Shown one piece after another: positions 14,077 through 25,729 of a DNA stretch of 64,000 nucleotides (position 1 is the first letter of the stretch; each line of letters starts with the position of its first letter). The stretch is from Octopus sinensis. Its lineage: Eukaryota. Made by a program: the position numbers and the translations under genes. The stretch lies in contig NC_043004.1 of NCBI RefSeq assembly GCF_006345805.1, positions 99,200,001 through 99,264,000 on the forward strand. The letters are read 5' to 3'. Under the pieces are notes generated by a model. The model ran no database searches. It had not been told where the DNA came from and saw nothing but the letters and a program-made list of their open reading frames with translations.

Positions 14077-15086
14077 GAACTCCTTGGTTTGGATTTGAAA
14101 ACACTGAAAGTGGGAGCATACCCTTTCGGCTTCTTATCGCTTCTGAAGATCTGCTCGAAACTAACAGTGCCAGCAAACTCAAAATATGCAAGCGAAGAAT
14201 TTCTGCTCTCCCCTTTCCACCAGCGTGGGTTAAACATAAAACACTATGCTTTTTCGGTAAAATCCGAAGCATTAAATAGAGAGAGATGAATTATAATTTC
14301 AACAATTGAGGGTAAAATTAATTAATTATTAATCAATTTCACCAAGTATTCAGTATGCAAAGGGACCATTTAAGGCGAATTCAAATTATTACATTATATA
14401 AAAGGCTTAGTAAAATAAATTACTTTGCCACATACTGAACTCATTAGAAATAGTAGCTAAAAAACTTTTTTAAAACTATTTCTAATACTTAAAGAAAATC
14501 TCTCTCATATAGTGTTTGCTCAATTCAACTCACGAAAGTATGGGGGTAAAGACATTAAAAAATCTAATGCAAAGGTATTTGAGAACGTACGTTTCTTTGC
14601 ATTTGATTTTTTAATGTCTTTACCCCCATACTTTCGTGAGTTGAATTGAGCAAACACTATATGAGAGAGATTTTCTTTAAGTATTAGAAATAGTTTTAAA
14701 AAAGTTTTTTTAGCTACTATTTCTAATGAGTTCAGTATGTGGCAAAGTAATTTATTTTACTAAGCCCTTTTATATAATGTAATAATTTGAATTCGCCTTA
14801 AATGGTCCCTTTGCATACTGAATACTTGGTGAAATTGATTAATAATTAATTAATTTTACCCTCAATTGTTGAAATTATAATTCATCTCTCTCTATTTAAT
14901 GCTTCGGATTTTACCGAAAAAGCATAGTGTTTACTGATTTTAACCCACGCTGGTGGAAAGGGGAGAGCAGAAATTCTTCGCTTGCATATTTTGAGTTTGC
15001 TGGCACTGTTAGTTTCGAGCAGATCTTCAGAGCGATAAGAAGCCGAAAGGGTATGCTCCCACTTTCAGTGTTTTCAAATCCAAACC

Positions 15087-15156
15087 AAGGAGTTCTGAGC
15101 TGATGATAGAAATGTCGAGTTGACTAATCTAGAAACGTACGTTCTCAAATAACCTT
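15087..15156 (+). ncRNA. Minimal type I hammerhead ribozyme motif (copy 2)
   Basis: Stem I TGAG 15096-99/CTCA 15144-47, extended by GTT/AAT and AAGG/CCTT. CTGATGA 15100-06; stem II TAGA 15107-10/TCTA 15128-31 with distal GTC/GAC; GAAA 15132-35; palindromic ACGTACGT stem III; GUU triplet with cleavage predicted after 15143. Confidence 0.8.
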
Positions 15157-16846
15157 TGCATTTGATTTTTTAATGTCTTTACCCCCATACTTTCGTGAGT
15201 TGAATTGAGCAAACACTATATGAGAGAGATTTTCTTTAAGTATTAGAAATAGTTTTTAAAAAAGTTTTTTTAGCTACTATTTCTAATGAGTTCAGTATGT
15301 GGCAAAGTATTTATTTTACTAAGCCTTTAATATAATGTAATAATTTGAATTCGCCTTTGCATACTGAATACTTGGTGAAATTGATTAATAATTAATTAAT
15401 TTTACCCTCAATTGTTGAGAGTATATATATATATATATATACATGTGCATGTTACATACATATATGTATGTATGCATGCATGCAGTTTGTAGTGTAAGAT
15501 ATGTATTCAGAGGATCGTGTAGTAATCACAGAAAACTCTTCTAACGGCCTCGACTAGCAGGTCAATACAGAGAAGTATAATACAGAGTGTCCATAGAGTT
15601 GAAATCAAAAAGATACGACTGATAAACCTATTTCATGAGGAGCATATAAGCTATAAAATTTCAGTGGCTATGGGAGGCGGGTGTGTATATTTAACTACTT
15701 GATATACTTTGGATTACAGTTGTTTTGCAGCTTTCTTCGTGTAGTAAAAATTTCGGTGTGAAGCAAATGATGTTTACATATTTTCACAGACGGTCATGCT
15801 ACGCAATGTGACATTGTATATTCACAAATCAATTCAAATAAAGAAAGCTATCTCATCAGACCACCAGACTGCGTGGTTATACTAGCGGCTTAACTATCAT
15901 TTGGTTAAACTCATCGCACACAATGAATGAGGCTAGGGACGTAGTTAGTTGTTGTTCACCATGATAACAACCCATCTTTGCGAATCCTGTATACATAAAA
16001 TCTTTAGTAAGAATTCTGTTGAAATAACTATAATTTTTAAGTTATAGATACTCACGCATATTCAAATTTAACAAAATAGTTGGAAGCAATAGACTAGAAT
16101 GCGATGAATAAATAAACCGTTGAGACTCAACCAAGTTTCCTTTCAATAGAATATGCATTCAAATTGACGTTGTGGATACTGCAGATATCTTAAATACAAA
16201 CCACATGGACAAAATATAAAACATCCCTACCCTGAACTCTTTCAAGACGCAATTAAGACAGCATATATTCGCTTAAACACACAAATGTCATCCCATATCA
16301 TTGCTGAAACAACGGAAAGAATGAATTGTATAGCCTTCCATAAACTAGTGTATACGAGCAAAAACAGATACAACAGGCGGGGCAACAAGAATAATTTGAG
16401 TGTCGCAGAAAATTTAAACATATTGATAGTACCTGTAGTGCTTCAAACACAGAACACCAAGAAATTCAATCTGCAAACTTTTTAAGCATATTTCAGTCGC
16501 AAATTCATTGCAGATACAATTTAGTTAAACACTTCAGTTAAACACTGGAATAGCATTCCCTCGAGAATCTCCACATCTATTTCCGGGCGCTCAGCATATA
16601 ATCTTTCCCCTATACTCCTCAATAACTCACTCCAAATTATTTGCTTTCGTATTTCTCAGTGTGTTCTTTCTTCCCTCTCTTCCTCTTTTCTTTCTGTTCA
16701 TATCAAACCCCCTACTAACTTCACTGATAACACTGCAAATTTCTTTTCTACCTGTTCTATGGTAAGTTGTCTTAGATGTATATGAGTAGATGTACTTACC
16801 CTGTTTTATCCTTTCTTGTTATAATGTGTCATTGCAGTCTGACATA

Positions 16847-16893
16847 CGAGGAGGTACTGATTCCTGTCTTTAAGGGTATTACAAAACCCCTCG
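16847..16893. mobile_element. 47-bp internally deleted mariner-type mini-MITE with TA flanks
   Basis: TA-CGAGG...CCTCG-TA. The interior matches the TIR sequence at 35525-35570 (gggtactgaaaagttcctggctttaag). Confidence 0.55.
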
Positions 16894-17110
16894 TATGCGC
16901 ATTCAAGGCTGAACCTGAAGATTACTCGCTATAAATCATGTTCAGAAAGAATACGTGTGATTAACAGTTCTCCTAATTGAACTTGATTCAGAGTCCTTAA
17001 TATGGAAGTTATATCGAGAATAATTATCCTGAAGGAGCGGTGCCTGAGATTTAGAGGGAGGGAACTGGCTGGTTACATCGATCCCAATATTTCACTGGTA
17101 TTTGACTTAT

Positions 17111-17341
17111 TGGTGGCAAGCTGGCAGAAATGTTAGCACGCCGGGCGAAATGATTAGCGGTATTTCGTTTTCGTTACGTTGATAGTTCAAATTCCGCCGA
17201 GGTCGACTTTGCCTTTCATCCTTTCGGGGTCGATAAATTAAGTACCAGTTACGCACTGGGGTCGATGTAATCGACTTAATACCTATGTCTGTCCTTGTTT
17301 GTCCCCTCTGTGTTTAGCCCCTTGTGAGTAATAAAGAAATA
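17111..17341 (+). mobile_element. SINE family A (single core) nested in an older opposite-strand family A copy, 14-bp TSD
   Basis: GGTATTTGACTTAT at 17097-17110 and 17342-17355. The flanks 17055-17110 and 17342-17400 join into a decayed minus-strand A core. Confidence 0.85.
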
Positions 17342-18518
17342 GGTATTTGACTTATCGATCCCGAAGGGGTGAAGGGCGGTGTTGACCTCGGTGGAATTTG
17401 GACAGTCTAACTGTAAAATTACCATTTCAATCCATACCTGAGGGACGATATGCAACATAGTCTATTGAATTTGGACCTCTGCCGGCGATGAATATAATTG
17501 CAAACTCAATGGCTACTGATTATGCAAATTTCGGCTGGAATTATTCGTTTATCCACAGACATTTACATTAATTGAGCATGCACCTGCTGCTCAAAATACT
17601 AAACCCCGCTGGCAAAACATGTTTATTATTTTAGTTTCATGTCATTGTGCACGAGGCGAAGTTAGACCCGTAAAACATGCATTCTATGCAAATGTTGGAT
17701 TTTGATTTTTCTATGGATACCGCTTAATGAAAGAAGCTGTAATGTGAATAGGTTATTAATTATTACGTTACGAACTATGAATATAGAAAAATGTCTGGAA
17801 CAGTAAATAGAATGACCGCCGTTACCACGATATCGTTATTTCAATAAATCTTTTAATAAATCAGCAATTAATATAAAGATTCTCACTGCTACAATAAATC
17901 CTGATCGTTCATGTATCGATCCTGCACCTAATGCTACACGTATATTTTGAACCATGCAAGAGAAGACCTTTATTAACACTAATGCATTAACTTCTGTTGC
18001 TGTAGATTATCAATCCCTCACTATTTATTCAGTAATCAATCTACGTAATCCTGCGTTTATTTTGTGTCAGATCTCTGTAATTTCGTTCAAGTAATTCCAC
18101 ATAATACTATATATTTTTTTCTTCTTTCAGAATGTAGATGCTTTGAACTCCATCTCTTCTAAATTACATTCTATGAGAGTGACATCCCTTGAACGAAGTC
18201 ATATTAAGCTATCAATTGAATGGTTTTTAATGCTTGTGATAATGCGAGATCAAAGCTAAACTGCTACTAGCTAATGACGAGAATGCTTTCATCCGTAACC
18301 GTGTCCGGCCTAATAAGAGGAATGCTTCCATCCGTCACCTTCGAACATCATTATTTTTTAATAGCGAACTCTATTCTGCATGACGAAATGAAGGAGTCTT
18401 ACGTAAGGGAAAAGGGGAATTTGCGCCAGCATTGGTTTCAGCCAACCAAATCATACTCACACACGTACAGGTATATATATGTATATATTTGTGTATATTC
18501 AGATATCTATCTACATGC

Positions 18519-18577
18519 CTGCCTTCCTACCTACCTAACTATCTATCTACTTACCTACCTACCTATCTATCAATCTG

Positions 18578-18657
<80 letters not shown>

Positions 18658-18811
18658 CCTATCTATCTATCTATCTATCTCTCTATCTATCTATCTATAT
18701 ATCTATCTACCTATCTATCTATCTATCTATCTTCCTATCTATCTATCTATCTATCTATCTACCTATCTATCTATCTATCTACCTATCTATCTATCTATCT
18801 ATATATCTTCA

Positions 18812-18878
<67 letters not shown>

Positions 18879-18898
18879 TCATCTATCTGTCTATTTAC
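18519..18898. repeat. (TATC)n/(TACC)n tetranucleotide microsatellite
   Basis: Direct reading; source of the YLSI ORFs. Confidence 0.95.
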
Positions 18899-18906
18899 AT
18901 AGATAT

Positions 18907-19137
18907 TAGAGAGTGACCACTATGTGGTTCACTCTATTGCTAAAAGTAGCTAATGGTATAGTCACTAAAAGTGGCTATAATGAAACAATTGTTCAGGGTT
19001 AATCTATTTTTTCGTTGTGTTTCACTTACCTTACGTTAAATGTAGTGGTATTTCTTCTTGGAAAGAACTTTTAGTGGCTATACCATTAGCGGAGCTATTT
19101 TTAGCACTAGAGTGAACCGCATAGTGGTCACTCTCTA
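18907..19137. mobile_element. 231-bp MITE with ~65-bp TIRs, TAG...CTA termini, apparent 4-bp TSD ATAT (Academ-like)
   Basis: tagagagtgaccactatgtggttcactct... / ...agagtgaaccgcatagtggtcactctcta. ATAT at 18903-06 and 19138-41; a TA TSD with TTAG ends is an alternative reading. Confidence 0.75.
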
Positions 19138-19251
19138 ATATTTATGTATAAATTTGTATTTTTCCCTTGGTTATATGTGCTAAGCCACTTAGTGTTAAAT
19201 TGATGGTATATTAAATTAATATCAAATTTTTCACCCTCATTTATAAATATC

Positions 19252-19303
<52 letters not shown>

Positions 19304-20039
19304 TATACCACACACACACACAAACAACATACACACATACATATAAATGTGTGTGTGTGTGTAGCATATGCAATGTATGTACAATGCCGATGGATCAACC
19401 GCTACATTATTTGTGTCCAAAAAGTGTTTTATGGACTTGCTGTTTTCAACAAAGAACAGAAAGGCAAAAGTTAGTCCCGCCAACTGCCGAAGGGAACTTC
19501 AGATTCATCACAATATTTTGGGCCTTTTTAATGGCCCATAATTACATCCAACCACAAATTCGGTCGAGAATTCATTGTCTCTAATGTAAGAGAAAATTAA
19601 TATCACATTCACTTGTGCTTCCCGATGTACTTAAACGATGAAGTAGTTAAAAATAATCTTCTGCGTAACATATTTACTTTATACAAAATTTCGATAAGCC
19701 AGTTATTGTAGTATTTGTTCTGAGAAAATATTATTTATGAACTTGTATTCTTAAATGCAGAATAAAGTCAGATAGAAACATAAATACATCCTAGCAGCAT
19801 CTAGCGAGAGCGCAAGCTGTATTTTAACCTCTCTGGTCCTCTTCAGTGGCGCGTAGTTGCAGCCGGTCACGTGTTAGTTTCTCTTAGCTTGGAAATGCGG
19901 GAACCTAAGTAGTTATCCACTCTATGTATTATCAACCGAAGCAAACTGAACCTGGAACTCGTCTAAACAGAGTTGTCAAGTCCTAAAGCAATGACTGAGG
20001 TCATTACTACAAGATAAACACACACACGCGCGCGTATCG

Positions 20040-20190
20040 GATCCAAATTCCACCGAGGTCAACCCCGCCCTTCATCCCTTCGGGATCGATAAATCAAATA
20101 CCACCGAAACACTGGGATTGATGTAATCAACTAGTCCCCTCCCCCAAAATTTCAAGCCCCGCGCCTTCAGTAGAAAGGATTATTATTATT
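20040..20190 (+). mobile_element. 5'-truncated SINE family A with (ATT)n tail
   Basis: caaattccaccgaggtcaac...gaaaggattattattatt. Confidence 0.75.
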
Positions 20191-20283
20191 TATAGCTACA
20201 ATAATAATGATGTTAGACCTTATAAGCAGCAATTTGAAACAAAGATAGGTGAAACAAGACAACTTATGTGAACTACATATCCA

Positions 20284-20680
20284 GGCGCAGGAGTAGCTGT
20301 GTGGTAAGTAGCTTGCTTACCAACCACATAGTTCCAGGTTCAGTCCCACAGCGTGGCACCTTGGGCAAGTGTCTTCTACTATAGCCTCGAGCCGACCAAA
20401 GCCTTCTGAGTAGATTTGGTAGACCGAAACTGAAAAGAAGCCCGTCGTATATATGTATATATATATATATATGCGCGTGTGTGTTTGTCCCCCTAGCATT
20501 GCTTGACAACCGATGCTGGTGTGTTTATGTCCCTGTTACTTAGCGGTTCGGCAAAACAGACCGATAGAATAAGTATTGGGCTTACAAAGAATAAGTCCCG
20601 GGGGTCGAGTTGCTCGATTAAAAAGGCGGTGCTCCAGCATGGCCGCAGTCAAAAGACTGAAACAAGTAAAAGAGAGTAAA
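20284..20680 (+). mobile_element. tRNA/CORE-like SINE family B, full length, internal (TA)n(TG)n
   Basis: Head ggcgcaggagtagctgtgtggtaag...ggttcagtccc; CORE-like ggcaccttgggcaagtgtctt; tail caagtaaaagagagt. Confidence 0.9.
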
Positions 20681-21040
20681 GCTTGAGGGTTAACCATATT
20701 TATGACATATGTTACAGAGAGCCTGCCATTCCATCTCTCTCAAACTAATTGTTTCTTTTTCAGTAATAATTATAATGATGTGATATTGACACAAGTGAAG
20801 CTGACAGGGGAAGAATGACTTTTATAGGACAGCTACAGGAAGGTATATACAAATGAATATGACCAGACAACTACTTGCATAACCGCCCCTACTACACACA
20901 CACACACACATGTCACTAAATCATAATCACTTATGTCTGTCAATTACTTTACACACATACACTGTTATAAAGAATTAGCATATGCGTATCACTATATATG
21001 TATGTATTTATATATACACAAATATGCATATGTGCAGGCG

Positions 21041-21097
<57 letters not shown>

Positions 21098-21213
21098 TTG
21101 TGTATGCAGGCGCACAGTAGTGCAAGTTGTAATAGCTGTAAAAGTGAGATACTTCCCCAATTACAGTCAGTTAGGATATATATGCGTGTGTGTGTATGTG
21201 TGCGTGTGTGTGT

Positions 21214-21245
<32 letters not shown>

Positions 21246-21250
21246 CTAGA

Positions 21251-21412
21251 GCGGTGAGCTGGCCGAATCGTTAGCATTTCGTCCGTCTTTATGTTCTGAG
21301 TTCAATTTCTTTTTTTGTCCATTCGGTGTCAGTAAAATAGGTACCGGTTCAGCAGTGGGGTAGCTGTAATCGATTACCCTCGAAAGTGCTGGCGTCGTAC
21401 CAAAATTTGAAA
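21251..21412 (+). mobile_element. Decayed SINE family A
   Basis: gcggtgagctggccgaatcgttagc...gttctgagttcaa...ccaaaatttgaaa. Confidence 0.6.
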
Positions 21413-23075
21413 TATGTGTGTGTGCGTGCGAGCGTTTGTATGCGCTCATTATGGTGTACAAATATGAGAAAAATCTTTATGCAAAAAAGTAAATATAAAA
21501 TTTGTGTCTAAAATTTCTTTTCTGCACCTCTTCTAGTTTCACATCTTGGTTCGATGTGTTTACAAGTAGGAGTGGGGTTACATCTAAACGTTCTTTTATT
21601 TTATACATGCGATTTAATATACTCTTCAAGTGACACGCAATATTTGAAAATAACTCGCAATTTGATTGGTTGATAAGATCCTGCAGTGTTAGCCTTGAAA
21701 ATATAGGTAGAATATACGGCAACTAAACTAAAATTTAAGATGAAAAATGGAAAACAGGAAAGTAGAGAAAAGGAAAGGAAAAAAAGAATAAAAAAATAAA
21801 TGAAAGAATAAAAAGATATTTTGAACGAATATATTGTATACATATTTAAAAAATACTGTATTAACGATATATGCAAATGAAAAATATAAAAGTGAAAAGA
21901 AAAAAAACGAGTCGGATGTAGTAAGAAGACACTAAAGCAATAACTACAAAGTAAGAGATGGTGCGATTATATAGTATACCGATCTGAAGAAAACTTACAT
22001 AAACTGTATATGTAAATGAACAAATGAGAGAAATAAGAAAAGATGAGAAAAGGAAAGAAATGAATAAAAAGTTTTCGAGTGATCGTATATCTTGATATAA
22101 AAGCTATATAAACGATAACTGTAGAGCATTAAATATAAATTTATAAAGATATAAAATTAATTATAGAAACTTATTGACGTGTAAATGTCCGATGATATGG
22201 TATATGGGATATAAATCTTTGGAGTTATAGCACATAATTAATAATATACGATTAACAATGAGGGTCCTTGTATTTCTTGTGTTGAAATGACGGGTTATAA
22301 CTGCAAAATGAAATTAATTCTGAGTTTCTTTTGAGAATATTTCCACTAGAGAATATAATAGTCTATTTCAGCGATATTCTATACTGCGAAAAACTGTGTG
22401 TTGGCTATAGGCTGTTGCTTAGTCAAGACTTTTACATTTGTCGACGATATTTCTATATTTATTGTTGAACCCCACCAAATATCTACTTAAATGGACGGAG
22501 TTCTGACGTTAGATATATTTTGGTCATATCGTACTTTGAAAGTATATGTTGTTAGTACAATGAATTTCTTAATCAACGGTTCATTAGATAAACGATTCTC
22601 TCGTGCAAAAATACAATAGAGCTTTGCAAGCATCTATTATTCCAAACATATTTCGAGATTTATGCAATTATGCAGTTGAATGAAAGTGGCTTCCAGTTTC
22701 TTATGGTTGATATTTATAAAATATGAAATCGAACTTCAACGATAGTAAGGCAGGAAGAAAAATTACCAGAACTATTTTAAAGACGGTAACAACAATAGCA
22801 AAACCAGAAGCAACACCAAAAGGAAAAAAAAAAACAAAACCATAACGGTAAGAGCAACATTAGCATTAACTACAACGCAAACGGTAACAACAAAAAAGGC
22901 CATAACAAGTATAGCAAGGGTATAAACAATAACATAGCAAAAACCACAATAACTGCAACAGCTCAAACAAGTGCAATGGAAGCTAAAAGACCTACAATAT
23001 TGTAGATGATAGCGTTATTACTGGTCTTGTATTACCGCTATATGTGTTGTTATTGTTATCATTCTTGTTGTTCTT

Positions 23076-23484
23076 ACTCTCTTTCTCTCTCTTTTACTTG
23101 TTTCAGTCATTTGACTGCGGCCATGCTGGAGCACTGCCTTTAGTCGAGCAACTCGACCCCGGGACTTATTCTTTTTTCTAAGCCCAGTACTTATTATATC
23201 GGTCTCTTTTTGCCGAACCGCTAAGTAACGGGGGACATAACTACACTAGCATCGGTTGTCAAGCAATGCTAGGGGGACAAACACAAACACACACACGCAT
23301 ATATATATATATATATACATATATACGACGGGCTTCTTTTCAGTTTCCGTCTACCAAATCCACTCACAAGGCTTTGGTCGGCCCGAGGCTATAGTAGAAG
23401 ACACTTGCCCAAGGTGCCACGCAGTGGGACTGAACCCGGAACCATGTGGTTGGTAAGCAAGCGACTTACCACACAGCCACTCCT
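23076..23484 (-). mobile_element. SINE family B, full length
   Basis: Reverse complement of the 20284-20680 family; the same pseudo-ORF text recurs (MSSNARGTNT). Confidence 0.9.
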
Positions 23485-23944
23485 ATTTATTATTTTAGAT
23501 GTCGTTGCCATTCTTGATGTGATGGCTTGTGTAACTTTTATTGTTGTTATCATTATTGCTGTTGTAAACGTTATTGTTCGTTATTGATATTATTGTCGTG
23601 ACTATTACTGTTGTCGTTGTTGTTGCTATTCTTCTTACCTTTATTATTGTAAGTCACAACATCAACAATAACGATGAGATAAAAAACAAAAAACAAAGAT
23701 AGAAACAACATGACTGTAGCTATTACGACGTCAATAACGACAACAACTGCATTAACAACAATAAATGTAATAACGTGTATTGTTATCTAACGATAAAGAC
23801 ATTAAGTGCTACAACAACAACAATAAAATTAAAGGTAACAATAACAACGACAATAACAACAACAATAACGCAACCATTACAATGCCAATAACAATAATAA
23901 TAATAACAACAATAATAATAATAGTAGTAGTAGTAGTAGCAGTT

Positions 23945-23986
<42 letters not shown>

Positions 23987-24001
23987 ACAATAATAATAAT
24001 A

Positions 24002-24032
<31 letters not shown>

Positions 24033-24150
24033 TAATAACTGTAGCGACGGCAAAGACGATAGTAACAACAATAATGAATCTAACAATAACAAAATTATCG
24101 ATAAAGGCAACAATATAGACAACTACAATAACAACAGCAACAACAACGAT
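23480..24150. repeat. (AAC)/(AAT)/(AGT)n trinucleotide low-complexity tract
   Basis: Direct reading. Confidence 0.9.
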
Positions 24151-25328
24151 AACACAGAGAGAAGGAAGCACTCCGTTCATTCACTTTTCTAAACGTTCAT
24201 CAGTAAATCCAGTTTCAGCGGCAAATACGTCATGAGGTAACTTAATAAAGCAAAGAAGTTCAATACGCTGGTGATGATTACAACACAGTACCAACACTAA
24301 TGGTTTAGAGAGAGATGCTAGAATTACTTTAGCAACACTCTATGTCTTCAGCCATTGCAAATGTGCTTTCAAACCTGCTAAGTTTACAAGGCAGATGGCG
24401 TGGGTGAGGTAGGGAATAATACAAAATATTGCAGCATAATGTATGGCCACTTAGACAGCTAGGATGAAGATTTATCGGTGATTTGCACTAATAAAATTTA
24501 ACAAACGCTTTGCAAGAAGGACATTGAACGCTAAATGATGTTAAATGAATATAATCCAATATGATATAGCACCTTCATTAGTTATAAAACTAAGTTTCTC
24601 TTCTCATTTGCATAAATGGATTTTGTTCCCATTTTTTTTCTTCTCCTTTCCTCTTTCCTCGATTTTTATGTATTTATTTATTTATTCATCCACACATTCA
24701 TTCATTCGTTCAGTATTCGTTGCTTTTCATTTTGCTTTCTTGCTTTCTCCCTTTCATTCCATTTGCGCAGTGAAACCATTATATAGCACTATAAATAAAG
24801 GTTAAATTTAAATATTCAATTAGTTTCATTTAATAATAGTACAGCTTTAAAATATGCAGGAAGCACAAATGCAACTGAATTTAAACATTTGCTGTTTTTG
24901 TTCTTATGTTGTTTCTCTCCTAATTTAAGTTAATTAAAGAAAATGTCTAAATATCGGTTATTATTTTTGACTCAGTTACAAAGAGTTAAAAATGATTATC
25001 TCTTTCCCAGTTTCAGTGTTGGATGGTTGCTGCAAGTGAATACAAGGAATATTTTAATAGATTTTGTAATCACTGCATTTGGCAAACTTTATGATTAATT
25101 TTCTGGTGCCTAACCACTTTGTTAATCGTTTCAACTGCAGCTTTTAGTAAAGACGTATAACGTAATAATGAATGCACGTGATATTCATATTTTTGATTTC
25201 TTTCTATGCCATCAGGTCGACTGGCGCCCTCGGTGACTTCATCTTGACAAATAATTTGAATTTGAGATGCAATATTCGTGGGAGAATACAGTAGTAATGG
25301 TTTTATGTTGCCATTATTTAAGAGCTTT

Positions 25329-25729
25329 GAGGCGGCGAGCTGGCAGAAACGTTAAGCACGCCAGGTGAAATGCTTAGCGGTATTTCGTCTGCCGCTACGT
25401 TCTGAGTTCAAATTCCACCCAGGTCGTATTTACCTTTCATCCTTTCGGGGTCGATTAAATAAGTACCAGTTGCACACTGGTGTCGATATAATCGACTTGA
25501 TCCGTTTGTCTGTCCTTGTTTGTCCCCTCTGTGTTTAGCCCCTTGTAGGTAGTAAAGAAATAGGTATTTCGCCTGTCGCTATGCTTTGAGTTCAAGTTCC
25601 GCCGAGGTCGACTTTGCCTTTCGTCCATTCGGGGTCGATGAATTGAGTACCAGTGTTAATACTGAAATCGATGCAATCGACAAGTCCCCTCCAACCAAAT
25701 TTCAGGCCTTGTGGCTTTTAGTAAAATGG
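25329..25729 (+). mobile_element. SINE family A (two-core) inserted directly 5' of an older A copy (25748-25965), 16-18-bp TSD
   Basis: ATTATTTAAGAGCTTT(GA) at 25313 and 25730, each followed by an A-family head. Confidence 0.85.

Larger units (their letters stand above)
13840..15418. repeat. ~555-bp tandem unit arranged as a head-to-head palindrome (arms ~13840-14573 and 14596-15334, right arm runs on to 15418)
   Basis: aaaaggcttagtaaaa recurs 555 bp apart (GG at 13849 and 14404). 14596 onward is the reverse complement, with only a few indels and substitutions. Bounded by (TA)n on both sides. Confidence 0.95.

Noticed and set aside
14143-14170. Antisense hammerhead-like CTGAAGA...GAAAC within the 555-bp unit
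   Set aside because: The 7 nt between the core motifs (TCTGCTC) cannot form stem II, stem I is at most 2 bp, and the local triplet ends in G. Worth rechecking in the family consensus.
16130-16570. CR1/L2-like 3'-end peptide fragments (also ~47150-47330)
   Set aside because: Only short motif resemblance (TLNSFKTQL, KHWNSIP); too degraded to delimit.
18274-18909. 211-aa ORF, and similar YI/YLSI ORFs throughout (for example 43351, 63125)
   Set aside because: (TATC)n and (TA)n translations.
19805-19850. Minus-strand CTGAAGA-GGACC-agaga-GGTT-AAAA, resembling a decayed hammerhead
   Set aside because: GAAA is mutated and no convincing stem I or stem III is present.
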